A program made the position numbers and the translations under genes. From Anaerovibrio sp. (GTDB lineage: Bacteria; Bacillota; Negativicutes; Selenomonadales; Selenomonadaceae), in the NCBI GenBank assembly GCA_051866255.1, contig JBJDWY010000043.1:1-54744 (forward strand): 54,744 nucleotides of DNA, given 5' to 3'. The notes below the pieces were generated by a model that worked only from the letters and a program-made list of their open reading frames with translations, searched no databases and was not told the origin of the DNA. Of this stretch, positions 9,178 to 18,801 are shown one piece after another (within the stretch, counting starts at the first letter, position 1; each line of letters opens with the position of its first letter).

Positions 9178-10203
9178 TTACTTATTATTCAGTGCATACA
9201 AAAGACCAAAATCCACCACCGGCAGCTTGGCTGCATACTCCAGTGCCTGCTCCTGCTCACCGGCAGACAGGCAGGTATAAGCTATATTTTTCAAGGTTGC
9301 CTCATCTCCGCAATCCAGCTGCAAAGCCGCTGACAGCAAATCAAAGGCAGACTGATTATCCCCGTTCTGATAACATGCCCCGGCGAAGACATTCAGCAGC
9401 CTGACTTTCTCCCGCAAGGAAATGCCCTTCGACATAATGCTGGCTACAGTCCCCTCCACATCAAAAGCTGCTACCTCAGATTCCTGTATCGGCTGCGTTG
9501 TTTGTACTTCTTCTGCCAATTCTGATACTTCAGTTTTATTATCTGGCTGCTCATCATCAGCCTTCGCAGTTGCCTGGCTTTCCCCAGCTTCTTTTTTACT
9601 CTTTTCTAAAAGCTGCCTCAGCCTTGCCAAAGCCGTAGCAGCATTTTTCTCCGCATCTTCTGCCACCTTCTCCACTGCCGGGACACCGGCTGCCTCCTCC
9701 AGAGCAGCCTGTATGTCATCATTGGCTGCCAAATATTCCTTTATTCTCGGATATTGAGCCAAAAGAGTTTCATGCCCATAACGCAGAGGCTCCAGAACTT
9801 CCTGCAAAAACTCATTATCATTATCGTCTGCTACTTTCCCGTCATCTGCCAGAACAGCATCCGCAATCCTCAGGCCGTCCTCTTCTCTTCCCTCGCCAAT
9901 GCAAATGGCTGCCAGCAAAATCTTTGCTCTGCTGCTATCATCATAGGTAAGCACATTATCTATCCATTTTGCTGCCCTATCGTAGTCCCCTGTGCGGAAA
10001 TAGCACATGGCACCCCAGTACATAACCTCAGGATCAATCTTTTTGTTGGCAGCGATTTCTGCCATTACATCCATGGCAGTTACATAATCTTCCGCTTCCA
10101 TCAGCTGCTGCATCTCTGCCTTTAAATCACGAAATGCTTCCACCCTGGTCTCTGCAGCTTTTTTTATTCTCTTGTTGGCAATTTTATTTTTAATTCTGGA
10201 CAT
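9178..10203 (-). CDS. TPR-containing protein with acidic linker
   Basis: TPR-like helices (YWGAMCYFRTGDYDRAAKW; AGACYQNGDNQSAFDLL). AGGAGGAG ribosome-binding site before ATG 10203. Confidence 0.7.
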   Translation of the reverse strand: MSRIKNKIANKRIKKAAETRVEAFRDLKAEMQQLMEAEDYVTAMDVMAEIAANKKIDPEVMYWGAMCYFRTGDYDRAAKWIDNVLTYDDSSRAKILLAAICIGEGREEDGLRIADAVLADDGKVADDNDNEFLQEVLEPLRYGHETLLAQYPRIKEYLAANDDIQAALEEAAGVPAVEKVAEDAEKNAATALARLRQLLEKSKKEAGESQATAKADDEQPDNKTEVSELAEEVQTTQPIQESEVAAFDVEGTVASIMSKGISLREKVRLLNVFAGACYQNGDNQSAFDLLSAALQLDCGDEATLKNIAYTCLSAGEQEQALEYAAKLPVVDFGLLYALNNK

Positions 10204-10236
10204 ACAAACTCCTCCTGAAAACATCTTACGAACTAG

Positions 10237-10263
10237 TTATCGAAATTTTCCGGCATAATATTA
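10237..10263 (-). promoter_or_regulatory. Putative sigma28 (FliA/SigD) promoter of the TPR-to-licC cassette
   Basis: TAAT-N15-TTCGATAA, the same geometry as the sites before flgM and both flagellins. Confidence 0.55.
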
Positions 10264-10265
10264 AC

Positions 10266-12806
10266 TCATTCCCGTTTTTTCCCCAGCAGGCAGCCTATGG
10301 ACTCCATACAAACCTGATAGTCAGCAAAATTTACCGCCTGCTGCATATCTGCCAGGGATGCCAGCCTCAGATAATCCTGCCACAAGGCAAGCTTGCCATG
10401 TCGATAAGCCTCACCATCCAGATAACTGCCCTTTGCAGCACATTCATCCAGCAGCCTGCTCCACTCCATGCGGCTCAGCAGGACAACCTCCGGCTGCTGA
10501 CCTTCCTGTCCGGCATGGCGGCGATAATAGCTGAGAGGCTCCCTGAACAGCAGCAAATCCCCCTTTTCCAGAAGTTCCAGCCACATGGCCACATCCGAAA
10601 TAGCCTTATAACCACGGCAATCAGCATTCCAATAATGGTGCTGCAAATCCTGCCGCCGGAATAAAACTGCCGAAGGCTCCCCAATAAAATTGGAAACATT
10701 GGACAATAAAAATCTGCAAACCTCTACGCCTTTATAGCAACGCCACCGGGCTGCATCCGTTATAATCTGCCCCATGTCATCAGGCAGCAAATTACCATCC
10801 ATATCAATAAAAGCCCTTTGAGAACTTACCAAGGCCACATTGGAGTTATCCCTCAGTGCCTGAGCCATAACCTTTAGTTTATCCCTGTGCAAAATATCAT
10901 CATCCATGCACCACTGCAAATACTCTCCTTGGGCGATTTTCTCCAAAGGACGGAAATTATCCGCCTTGCAGCCTGCCTCCCTGTTACGGAAATACTTCAC
11001 CCGGGCATCCTCTACATACTTCTCCATCAGCAGCCGCGTCTCTTCGTTGGTGCTGTTGTCCGTCACCAGAATTTCCACATTTGGGTAAGTCTGTGCCAGG
11101 GCACTCTGCAGCGTTTTTTCAAACAGCTGCGGACGATTATAGGTAGGTATCATAATGCTCACCAGCGGATACTGGCTGTCAGCCACATACACGTTATCAT
11201 AGGTACGTATCCCTGTACCTTGCAGGCTGCGGCTAATGCTCCTGCCAGCCATGCTAAATCGGTCTGGCACCGGGGAAAAGGCGATTTTTTTATAAGCCTC
11301 TGGCAGAATAAGTTCCAGCATGGCCCTGTTATTTTTCCATTCCTTTTCCTCCAGGATGGATAAATCCCTTTCCGGCTCTTCTGCCGCAGTTACAGCATTT
11401 TCGGACAGCTGCCTCCTGACAGCATAACAGGCCAGCTGCCTAGCGGCATTGCGCATATTCTCTGCCGCAGCTACTGCCGCCCCGTCATATCTGCCTGCCA
11501 GCAGAAACTTTTCCACAGAGGAAACAGCAGTATCTGCCCCGGCATAATACAAAAGCAGCTTCTTATGCCCGCACCCCTTCAGGGCATTAAAGATAAAATG
11601 GCCATCTTCCTGCCGGTTGTACAAAGAATTAAGCAGCAGGATAATATCCGCCGGTTCATTATCATCAATGCAGCTGTACAGCCCCCGCAATAGTGCGCTA
11701 TGGTACTTATATACCTGCAACCCCTGAAAGAAATAGTCTGCCGCCTGCTTTTTATCACCTGATTGCAGGGCAATATCCCCCAGCACATAGTAGGCCTCCG
11801 GCAAAATCCGCAGGGCATTATCCGTCAGCATCATGCCACCTGCCACCTTGTGCTCAAATTCCCGGCGCAGTTCCAGCGCATGCAGCATACAGGCCTCCGC
11901 CTGGCAAAAATCACCTGCCTGCCAGAGCAGATACCCCTTCTCTATCACAAAGGAAGCCTCTTGAGGATAAGCAGACATGGCTTCCTCCAAAATAGCAAAC
12001 AGCTCCTCCCTGCTTCTGCCGGCACTCTGGCTGGCACTGAAAAGTATCTCGTACAGATACCCCTCCATGCCCACCAGCTGCGTACCATTATCAATAGCCC
12101 GCCTGGCATATTTAATGGCGTTTTCGTAGTCTCCCAGGCTGTGATAGACATCCATCATAAAGTGGGCCAGGCTGTCCCGCTCCTTTTGCGTCTTGGCCTG
12201 CTTCAGCCTCTCCTGCATCAGCACCATATTCCTTTTTGCCTTCTTCTGAAAACTGGCGGCTGAATAGCCGGTATGATAAATAACCAGCTTGCTATTGCTG
12301 AGCATCTTTAAATTGCCCTTGCTGTTAGTCAATCTCTCATGGACACAGCCCTCAAACCTGATATTAGGCAAGTTGCGGAAAATCCTGCTCTGCAGCATGG
12401 TATCCACAATCTTGTTATTGTTGTCCTTGTCAATATTAATCAGCCTGCACAGAATAACGCCTGCCCTTTTGTCCCTTTGATACCGCTGCATCTCCTGCCG
12501 CAGCACCTTCAGGCTTTCCTCAGAAAAATACTCGTCTGCATCCAAAAACAAAATCCAGTCCCCAGCCGCCTGCTCCAGGGCGTAATTCTTCGCCGCTGCA
12601 AAATCATTTATCCACTGAAAATGAAATACCTTCGCCCCGGCCGCCTCTGCCAGGGCCACTGTATTATCCTGGGAGCCCGTGTCCACCACAATCATTTCAT
12701 CCGACACCTGCGCCATGCACCGCAGCCACCTGGGCAGGTTTTCCGCCTCATTCTTGACAATCACGCAGGCGGACAGCCTCAGTTTTTTCTTTGCCTCTAT
12801 TTTCAT
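10266..12806 (-). CDS. Two-domain glycosyltransferase GT2-TPR-GT2
   Basis: LSACVIVKNE..VVDTGSQD..WILFLDADE, TPRs, then VSIMIPTYNR..DDD..IGEPSAVLFRR..SDVAMWLELL. Start estimated at ATG 12806. Confidence 0.85.
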   Translation of the reverse strand: MKIEAKKKLRLSACVIVKNEAENLPRWLRCMAQVSDEMIVVDTGSQDNTVALAEAAGAKVFHFQWINDFAAAKNYALEQAAGDWILFLDADEYFSEESLKVLRQEMQRYQRDKRAGVILCRLINIDKDNNNKIVDTMLQSRIFRNLPNIRFEGCVHERLTNSKGNLKMLSNSKLVIYHTGYSAASFQKKAKRNMVLMQERLKQAKTQKERDSLAHFMMDVYHSLGDYENAIKYARRAIDNGTQLVGMEGYLYEILFSASQSAGRSREELFAILEEAMSAYPQEASFVIEKGYLLWQAGDFCQAEACMLHALELRREFEHKVAGGMMLTDNALRILPEAYYVLGDIALQSGDKKQAADYFFQGLQVYKYHSALLRGLYSCIDDNEPADIILLLNSLYNRQEDGHFIFNALKGCGHKKLLLYYAGADTAVSSVEKFLLAGRYDGAAVAAAENMRNAARQLACYAVRRQLSENAVTAAEEPERDLSILEEKEWKNNRAMLELILPEAYKKIAFSPVPDRFSMAGRSISRSLQGTGIRTYDNVYVADSQYPLVSIMIPTYNRPQLFEKTLQSALAQTYPNVEILVTDNSTNEETRLLMEKYVEDARVKYFRNREAGCKADNFRPLEKIAQGEYLQWCMDDDILHRDKLKVMAQALRDNSNVALVSSQRAFIDMDGNLLPDDMGQIITDAARWRCYKGVEVCRFLLSNVSNFIGEPSAVLFRRQDLQHHYWNADCRGYKAISDVAMWLELLEKGDLLLFREPLSYYRRHAGQEGQQPEVVLLSRMEWSRLLDECAAKGSYLDGEAYRHGKLALWQDYLRLASLADMQQAVNFADYQVCMESIGCLLGKKRE

Positions 12807-12810
12807 GCCC

Positions 12811-15339
12811 CTACCTCGCCAATTTTTCTGCCAATGCGACATAACCCACAATCATCTCGTCAGTCCCCCACATATTGACAGCATCTTTCATGCTGTTGTA
12901 ATCATCGCTGGCAATCATCTGACCGGCTCCGCCTCTGCCGTGATACAGATAAATTATTTTCTGCAGTCCCTCCGGCAGCAGCCTCAGCTGTTCCCTGACC
13001 AGTACCGAAGAAAAATCCGGCTTGCCTTCCAGCAGGCTGACAAACAGGAACTGGATATTTTCTGCCAGGGCCGTCATTTTGCTGCGTATATTCTCCTGGG
13101 CTTCAGCCTTTTCCTGCCTGAAGCCATGCAGATATAGCACTCGTTCCAGCTGCTGCCGCTCCTCAGGCTCATACAGGCTGTACAACGTATCTTCCTCCGC
13201 TCCTGTATCCAGATAGCCTGTGATAGCCTCTACATACCATTTATTGCAGCTCAGTACCTTCAGGTACAAATTCCGGGACAGCAGCCATTCTCCCAGATGA
13301 AAATAACATTCTGCCAGATATGTCAAAAACTGCAATTCCAGCTGGGCAAAATGGGATGCCCCTGCAAATACCGCCTTGGCCTCGCCAGCCTCATGCAGGG
13401 CAAAGGCCTTTTCCATCTGCCGCCTGCCAGCTGCCCAATGCCCCTGCCTGGCCAGGCAGTAACCTTTGTAGCCCCAAAAATCAGGCAAATCCGGCAGCAG
13501 CTGCCTGGCAGCTTCCGCTACTGCCAGCATATCATCATAAGCATAGCCCAGCACCTCCATAGCTTCCAGCGCCACCCAGTAGCAATCCCCCTGATTGGCA
13601 GGTGACTGGTAGGGGGATCTGGTAGCCAGCAGTGCATAATCCAGCGACTGCTGATACTGTCCCCTGCCAAAATAACATTCTGCCAGGCTGCCATAATAGC
13701 GTTCCGCCTCGGCCCCGCCCCTGACAGCCTCCAGCATAAGCTGCAGATTGCGTGCCAGCTTCTGCTGGATAATCCCGGCAGAATAGCCAGTATGATGGAC
13801 AGACAGCATCTTTCCCCCGTAGCAGGTGCAAAGCTGCCTTTCCTTTTGGGATATATCCACCAGCTGCTCGTGCACCGCTCCCTCATACCTGAGATAGGGC
13901 TGATGCTGAAAAATGCGCACCACCTGATTGGTATTGATAAGGTTGCCATTATTGTCCGCATCAATGTTGTACAGGGGAACAGCCACTGCCTCACAGCCTG
14001 CCTGCTGAGCCAGCACCTGGCAGACGCTTCCCCTGACGCTAGCCGGATATCGAAAAGTTTCATCGGCATCCAAAAACACCAGCCAGTCCCCGGAGGCCTT
14101 TTCTATGGCAAAGTTTTTCGCCGCTCCGAAATCCCCCTGCCAATCATAAGTATAATAAGCTACGCCATTAGCTGCCAGAATATCCCGTGTGCCATCTGCC
14201 GAGCCTGTATCCACCACGATGATTTCATCGGCAAATGCCCTGGCATTATCCAGCCATGCCTGTATATTGGCAGCTTCATCCCGGCAGATCAGACAGGCGG
14301 TCAGGCGGAGCCCGGCCACAGCCGCAGCCTTTTCCTCAAACATCACCCGGCGCTTCCGCATCATATTTATATGATACTCCTGCAAAAGGCATGGCTCTAT
14401 GCCGTCATATTTTTCCCACAACGCCAAGGCAGTGCCCATCTCCTCAGCAGCTTCCCCGTACCTGTGCCAAAAAAACAGGCACTCGCTGTACTCCCCGTGA
14501 AAATCCGGCAGTTCAGGAAACTGCTCCACAGCCAGCCTGCACAGCTCCAGCCTTTTTTCAGCGGCAGCCAGTCCCTCTTGCTTGGCATAATATTCCATCA
14601 GTACCCTGTGGCACTGGCTGCCGTAGGTAATCATCTTCCTGCCCTGCCTGATATTCAGCCAACCATAATAAAGTGCCTTTTCCCAGTCTCCCAGGTCTGC
14701 ATAGCCAGTACACAGATATTTGGACAGTTCCTCCTCACTTTGCCCCGCTGCCATCGCCTTGTGCAAAAGCTGCAAATTCCGCTTATTCTTTTCCGCAGCA
14801 ATCCCCTGACGATAGCCTGTATGGATGATTTCCAGCACATTGTTTTTGACCAGTTTTATCCCGTCCAATTCAGCGCCATGCACCAGAAGCCGTTCATGAA
14901 TAATTCCCTGATAGGCAAGCCCCGGCTGCCGCCTGGCCAGCCGCAGCTGATAAAACCTATCCTGCACTTCACCTTTATCCCCATCATAATTCACTATCTG
15001 CACCAGATAGCCGTTGCACTCTGCTTCCGCACTTTCCACCAGCCTGCGCAGGTTCCCTGCCGTCTGCTCCGTGAAATACTCATCTGCATCCAGCAGCACC
15101 AGCCAGTCCCCCTGCGTCCTTGCCAGGGCATAATTCCTGGCTGCAGCAAAATCATCCTGCCACTGGTACTCATAGACACGGGCTCCCAGCTGCCTGGCCA
15201 CCTGCCTGGTATCATCTGTGGAGCCGGTGTCTACCACCACCAGCTCATCTGCCTGCCCCGCCAGGCTCCTGATGGAACGCACCAGATTTTCCTCTTCATT
15301 TTTTACTATATAGCATGCCGATATCTTAACCCTGCTCAT
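12811..15339 (-). CDS. Tandem (GT2-TPR)x2 glycosyltransferase
   Basis: Two copies of AC.I.(K/R)(N/D)E..VVDTGS.D..W..DF.AA(R/K)N.A...GDWLV.LDADE...Y.G..HE, each followed by TPRs. Confidence 0.87.
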   Translation of the reverse strand: MSRVKISACYIVKNEEENLVRSIRSLAGQADELVVVDTGSTDDTRQVARQLGARVYEYQWQDDFAAARNYALARTQGDWLVLLDADEYFTEQTAGNLRRLVESAEAECNGYLVQIVNYDGDKGEVQDRFYQLRLARRQPGLAYQGIIHERLLVHGAELDGIKLVKNNVLEIIHTGYRQGIAAEKNKRNLQLLHKAMAAGQSEEELSKYLCTGYADLGDWEKALYYGWLNIRQGRKMITYGSQCHRVLMEYYAKQEGLAAAEKRLELCRLAVEQFPELPDFHGEYSECLFFWHRYGEAAEEMGTALALWEKYDGIEPCLLQEYHINMMRKRRVMFEEKAAAVAGLRLTACLICRDEAANIQAWLDNARAFADEIIVVDTGSADGTRDILAANGVAYYTYDWQGDFGAAKNFAIEKASGDWLVFLDADETFRYPASVRGSVCQVLAQQAGCEAVAVPLYNIDADNNGNLINTNQVVRIFQHQPYLRYEGAVHEQLVDISQKERQLCTCYGGKMLSVHHTGYSAGIIQQKLARNLQLMLEAVRGGAEAERYYGSLAECYFGRGQYQQSLDYALLATRSPYQSPANQGDCYWVALEAMEVLGYAYDDMLAVAEAARQLLPDLPDFWGYKGYCLARQGHWAAGRRQMEKAFALHEAGEAKAVFAGASHFAQLELQFLTYLAECYFHLGEWLLSRNLYLKVLSCNKWYVEAITGYLDTGAEEDTLYSLYEPEERQQLERVLYLHGFRQEKAEAQENIRSKMTALAENIQFLFVSLLEGKPDFSSVLVREQLRLLPEGLQKIIYLYHGRGGAGQMIASDDYNSMKDAVNMWGTDEMIVGYVALAEKLAR

Positions 15340-15452
15340 ATTATCTCCCCAGCCCCTGCCTGCAAAAACAAAACTCTAATAAGATTATCGTTGTCTTTCC
15401 CTGTCATCATAAATCATGCCTGATATACAATGCAGAGCAATTTTTCCCACGC

Positions 15453-15478
15453 AAAAGGAGCCGCCCCCAGGCGGCTCC
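15453..15478 (-). terminator. Rho-independent terminator after flagellin
   Basis: 9-bp stem GGAGCCGCC/GGCGGCTCC followed by TTTT on the minus strand. Confidence 0.8.
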
Positions 15479-15529
15479 CAAATTGGAAAACAAAACTCAA
15501 ATTTACTTGTACACAGGTACAGCTACTGA

Positions 15530-16828
15530 TTACTGGAGCAGGCTGAGTGCGTTGGAACTGCTCTGATTTGCCTGTGCCAGCATGGACTGTGCAGCCTGCA
15601 TCAGAACGTTGTTCTTGGTGTACTCGGTCATTTCCTTAGCCATATCAGCATCGCGGATAGTAGACTCTGCAGCAGTTACATTCTCGCTGGCAGTAGTCAA
15701 GTTGGACTGGGTGTACTCGAGACGGGACTCAACAGCACCGATAGTGGTCTGCTGGTCGAGAGCCTTCTGAATAGCGGAATCCAGTACGTTGATAGCTGCA
15801 TTAGCCTTCTCCTGGTTGCCGATGGACAAAGTCTCACCATTCTTGCCCTGGAGGCCGAGAGCCTGTGCCTTCATGTCGGTCAGGCCTACCTTGATGGACT
15901 GGCCTGCCTTGGTGCCTACCTGCATAACGATGGAATTATCCTCGGATGCGTTCTGAGCACGGATAGACTCATCAAAGGCATCCAGTGCTGCATTAGCGGA
16001 CTTGTTTACATTGCCCTTGTTGTCAGTGATATAGATGGTAAAACCAGCTACCTGGCCATCAATACCGCTGGCATTGGATGCAATCGTGATAGCATTCTCA
16101 CCGGATGCGGTGTTAACAGTATTCAGGGAAGCATCAAAACCGATCTGAGAAGTAGCACTGCGTACAGTAACAGCGCCGCTGGTCAGGCTGCTGATAACGC
16201 CAGACAAAGTGTTACTCTTAACCTGGACACTGGAAGTATAGGTCTTACCATCCTTTACATAGGAAACGGTAACAGTATCAGTGGAATGAATATTCAGGCT
16301 GTCACCATTACGAGCCTTCAAAGCAGTCAAGGCATCTGTCTTTGCAGTATCAGTGCTCAAGCTCTGATTGGTCATTGCCGTAGTGGTCTGCTCAACCTTC
16401 TTGTTCTTGGAACCATCTACCAGATACTGGCCGTTGAAGGTTACATTTGCGTTGTCATTGATCTGGTCGATGGACTGATCCATTTCCTTCTGGATAGTGG
16501 CACGGTCAGCATCAGTGTTGGTGTCGTTGGCTGCATTTACTGCCTTCTCCTTCAGGGTCTTCAGGATTTCTACGGTGGAGCTTACTGCACCCTCGGCAAC
16601 CTTCATCATAGAGCCGCCATTCTGGGCATTGCTGTTTGCCTGATCCAGGGAACGGATCTGAACGCGCATCTTCTCGGAGATAGCGTAGCCGGAAGCATCA
16701 TCAGCTGCGCTGTTGATCTTCATGCCGGAAGAAACCTTCTGCAAGCTCTTGGAAAGAGCAGAAGTGTTCTTGTTCAGGGTGTTCAATGTGGTCAGAGCGG
16801 ACATGTTGTTCTTTACTACCATTGCCAT
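15530..16828 (-). CDS. fliC: Flagellin (probably a major filament subunit)
   Basis: N-terminal LSKSLQKVSSGMKINSAADDASG and C-terminal AAESTIRDADMAKEMTEYTKNNVLMQAAQSMLAQANQ. Ser/Thr-rich variable region. Confidence 0.97.
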   Translation of the reverse strand: MAMVVKNNMSALTTLNTLNKNTSALSKSLQKVSSGMKINSAADDASGYAISEKMRVQIRSLDQANSNAQNGGSMMKVAEGAVSSTVEILKTLKEKAVNAANDTNTDADRATIQKEMDQSIDQINDNANVTFNGQYLVDGSKNKKVEQTTTAMTNQSLSTDTAKTDALTALKARNGDSLNIHSTDTVTVSYVKDGKTYTSSVQVKSNTLSGVISSLTSGAVTVRSATSQIGFDASLNTVNTASGENAITIASNASGIDGQVAGFTIYITDNKGNVNKSANAALDAFDESIRAQNASEDNSIVMQVGTKAGQSIKVGLTDMKAQALGLQGKNGETLSIGNQEKANAAINVLDSAIQKALDQQTTIGAVESRLEYTQSNLTTASENVTAAESTIRDADMAKEMTEYTKNNVLMQAAQSMLAQANQSSSNALSLLQ

Positions 16829-16859
16829 GATAAAATTCCTCCTTGGTTGTCAACAAGGT

Positions 16860-16875
16860 GTGTCATCCTTGACAC
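16860..16875 (-). promoter_or_regulatory. Putative CsrA binding hairpin in the flagellin 5' UTR
   Basis: GTGTCA-AGGA-TGACAC stem-loop about 30 nt upstream of the ATG. A second GGA lies in the ribosome-binding site (CAAGGAGG). Confidence 0.65.
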
Positions 16876-16957
16876 TGCCTATGAAATTACTTGCAAATAT
16901 GTGATGCTCCCCCGGTTGCTAGCCACCTGAAAGCATCTCTTGCTGTTGTCACTAATA

Positions 16958-16984
16958 TTATCGTGATATTTTTTTGCCTACTTA
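16958..16984 (-). promoter_or_regulatory. Putative sigma28 promoter of flagellin
   Basis: TAAG-N15-CACGATAA. Confidence 0.65.
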
Positions 16985-17002
16985 AGTGCCGCTCAAAATT
17001 TT

Positions 17003-18121
17003 TTAGTCGCTGACATGAATACTGCCGGAAGGGGACAGATATGCCATCAGCTTCTGTATGTAACCGTCAAAATCCCTGTAATATGACTGCTTTTCACACA
17101 GCAGGATATAATCGTATTCTCCCCACAGGCACTGAAAAATATCCTGCTCCACATCTCGGCAGTGATACGCCTCAAAGCTTCTGCCCGCCAGGGCTGCCTC
17201 CCGGATGTTTTCCGCTATCCCCGTCACCCTGGCATGAGGGAATTTGCCCTGCAAATAGAATAAATCCATGCCGGCGTGGCAGCCCACCACCAGAATCCTG
17301 GCTTCTGTATCTGCCGGTTCCTGCACCTCATCAGTTACCTTGTCCCAGGAGATATACTTCTCTGTAATCTGCCACTTCTCCAGCAGCTTTTTTTGATTTT
17401 CTACATTCAGGTCAAAAAAATACCGTTCCCTGGCGGCTTTTTCCTCATCACTAGCCGCAGCCTTGAAGGATGCACTGCCATAGTGATGAATAAAGGTATC
17501 GCGGCACAGCACCAGCTGATAGCCAGCCAATGTCATCCGCAGGGAATAATCATCATCCTCATAGTTGCCGGGAGTAAACTGCTCATCCAAAAAGCCCACC
17601 CGGCAAAAGGCTGCATTTTTAATGAGATAACAGAAACCCACCAGCTTGGGACGCCGTTCCCATTTTGCCGGGTTGCTGATATTATGCTTCTCCGCAAACA
17701 GCAGCATTTCTTCCAGGCTGCCATACTCGGCAACGACCTGCTGCATGTTCGAGCAGCAGTTGGTCACGCAGCTGACCACACCTATATTTTCAGCACTGTG
17801 CAAAGCCTTTTGCATATTTTCCAGCCACCTGGTGGTCACCACCGTATCGCTGTTCAAAAGCAGAAGATCATTGCCTGCCTCCGCCACAGCCATGCCCTGA
17901 TTGCAGCCTGCCGGAAAGCCTTTATTGACCTGGTTTTCAATCAGCCTGATATCCCCCTGCTGGCGCAGCCACTGCACCGAACCATCCCGGGAGGCGTTAT
18001 CCACCACAATCAGCTCATAGCTGCCAGCCGGAGTCAGCTGCCTGATGCTCTCAATGCACAGCTTGGTATATTCCAAGGTATTATAACTAATGATAACTAT
18101 ACTGGTCCTCTTCATACGCAC
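17003..18121 (-). CDS. GT2 glycosyltransferase with C-terminal methyltransferase-like domain
   Basis: SIVIISYN..VVDNASRDGS..NKGFPAGCNQG..LLLNSD..GNYEDDDYSLR, then RILVVGCHAG (SAM motif-I-like). Confidence 0.82.
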   Translation of the reverse strand: MRMKRTSIVIISYNTLEYTKLCIESIRQLTPAGSYELIVVDNASRDGSVQWLRQQGDIRLIENQVNKGFPAGCNQGMAVAEAGNDLLLLNSDTVVTTRWLENMQKALHSAENIGVVSCVTNCCSNMQQVVAEYGSLEEMLLFAEKHNISNPAKWERRPKLVGFCYLIKNAAFCRVGFLDEQFTPGNYEDDDYSLRMTLAGYQLVLCRDTFIHHYGSASFKAAASDEEKAARERYFFDLNVENQKKLLEKWQITEKYISWDKVTDEVQEPADTEARILVVGCHAGMDLFYLQGKFPHARVTGIAENIREAALAGRSFEAYHCRDVEQDIFQCLWGEYDYILLCEKQSYYRDFDGYIQKLMAYLSPSGSIHVSD

Positions 18122-18128
18122 CCTCCCC

Positions 18129-18797
18129 CTAGGACAACCCCAGCAAATTCTTCACCATGGGCTTGTGTACGACAGTCGTATCAATGAAAATCGAAAGATA
18201 CTGCCTACTGATATTATTCTCACGGCACATCTGCTGCACAGCAGCCACGCTTTCAGCCTGCCGCACATCAAAGTCTATCCTCTGCAACAAATAAGAAAGA
18301 CGTCTTCTAACTTCCGGCTTCAAAAAGCACTGCAGCCAGGCTGATGCCTGCTGAAATAACCCCAGCCTTGCTATATAAAACTCCTGCTGACCATATTCAC
18401 CTTCAAAGCACAGGCGTGCCTCATCATAATTATTAACATGAGCTTCCCTGCCGACACGCTCCTTATCCATACTGCCGGAAAAAACAGCCCGGATGAAGCC
18501 ACCAGGCTTCAGATGCAGCCCCATAGCCTTTAAAAGCGGCCCTGACAGCTCTGCCTGCTCCAAAAGGCCATTGTCCAATATGCAGTCGTAGGTTAGCATA
18601 TTATCTAAATCTGTTTCCTGCAGGAAAGCAGCAAAATCCATATTCATCAGATAATCCACCTGTACAGCAGGCATAAACTCCCGCAGCATATCCGCCAGCC
18701 TGTCATCCTGCCAGCTGATCAGCACCCGTGCCCTTTTCGGCAGAATTATGCCTTCCAGCAAAAACTGTCTTTTTACTTCCTCAAAACTCATCATCAA
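18129..18797 (-). CDS. Hypothetical protein, degenerate methyltransferase-like
   Basis: YDCILDNGLLE...HLKPGG resembles class I methyltransferase motifs. In operon context between GT genes. Confidence 0.55.
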   Translation of the reverse strand: MMMSFEEVKRQFLLEGIILPKRARVLISWQDDRLADMLREFMPAVQVDYLMNMDFAAFLQETDLDNMLTYDCILDNGLLEQAELSGPLLKAMGLHLKPGGFIRAVFSGSMDKERVGREAHVNNYDEARLCFEGEYGQQEFYIARLGLFQQASAWLQCFLKPEVRRRLSYLLQRIDFDVRQAESVAAVQQMCRENNISRQYLSIFIDTTVVHKPMVKNLLGLS

Positions 18798-18801
18798 AAC
18801 C

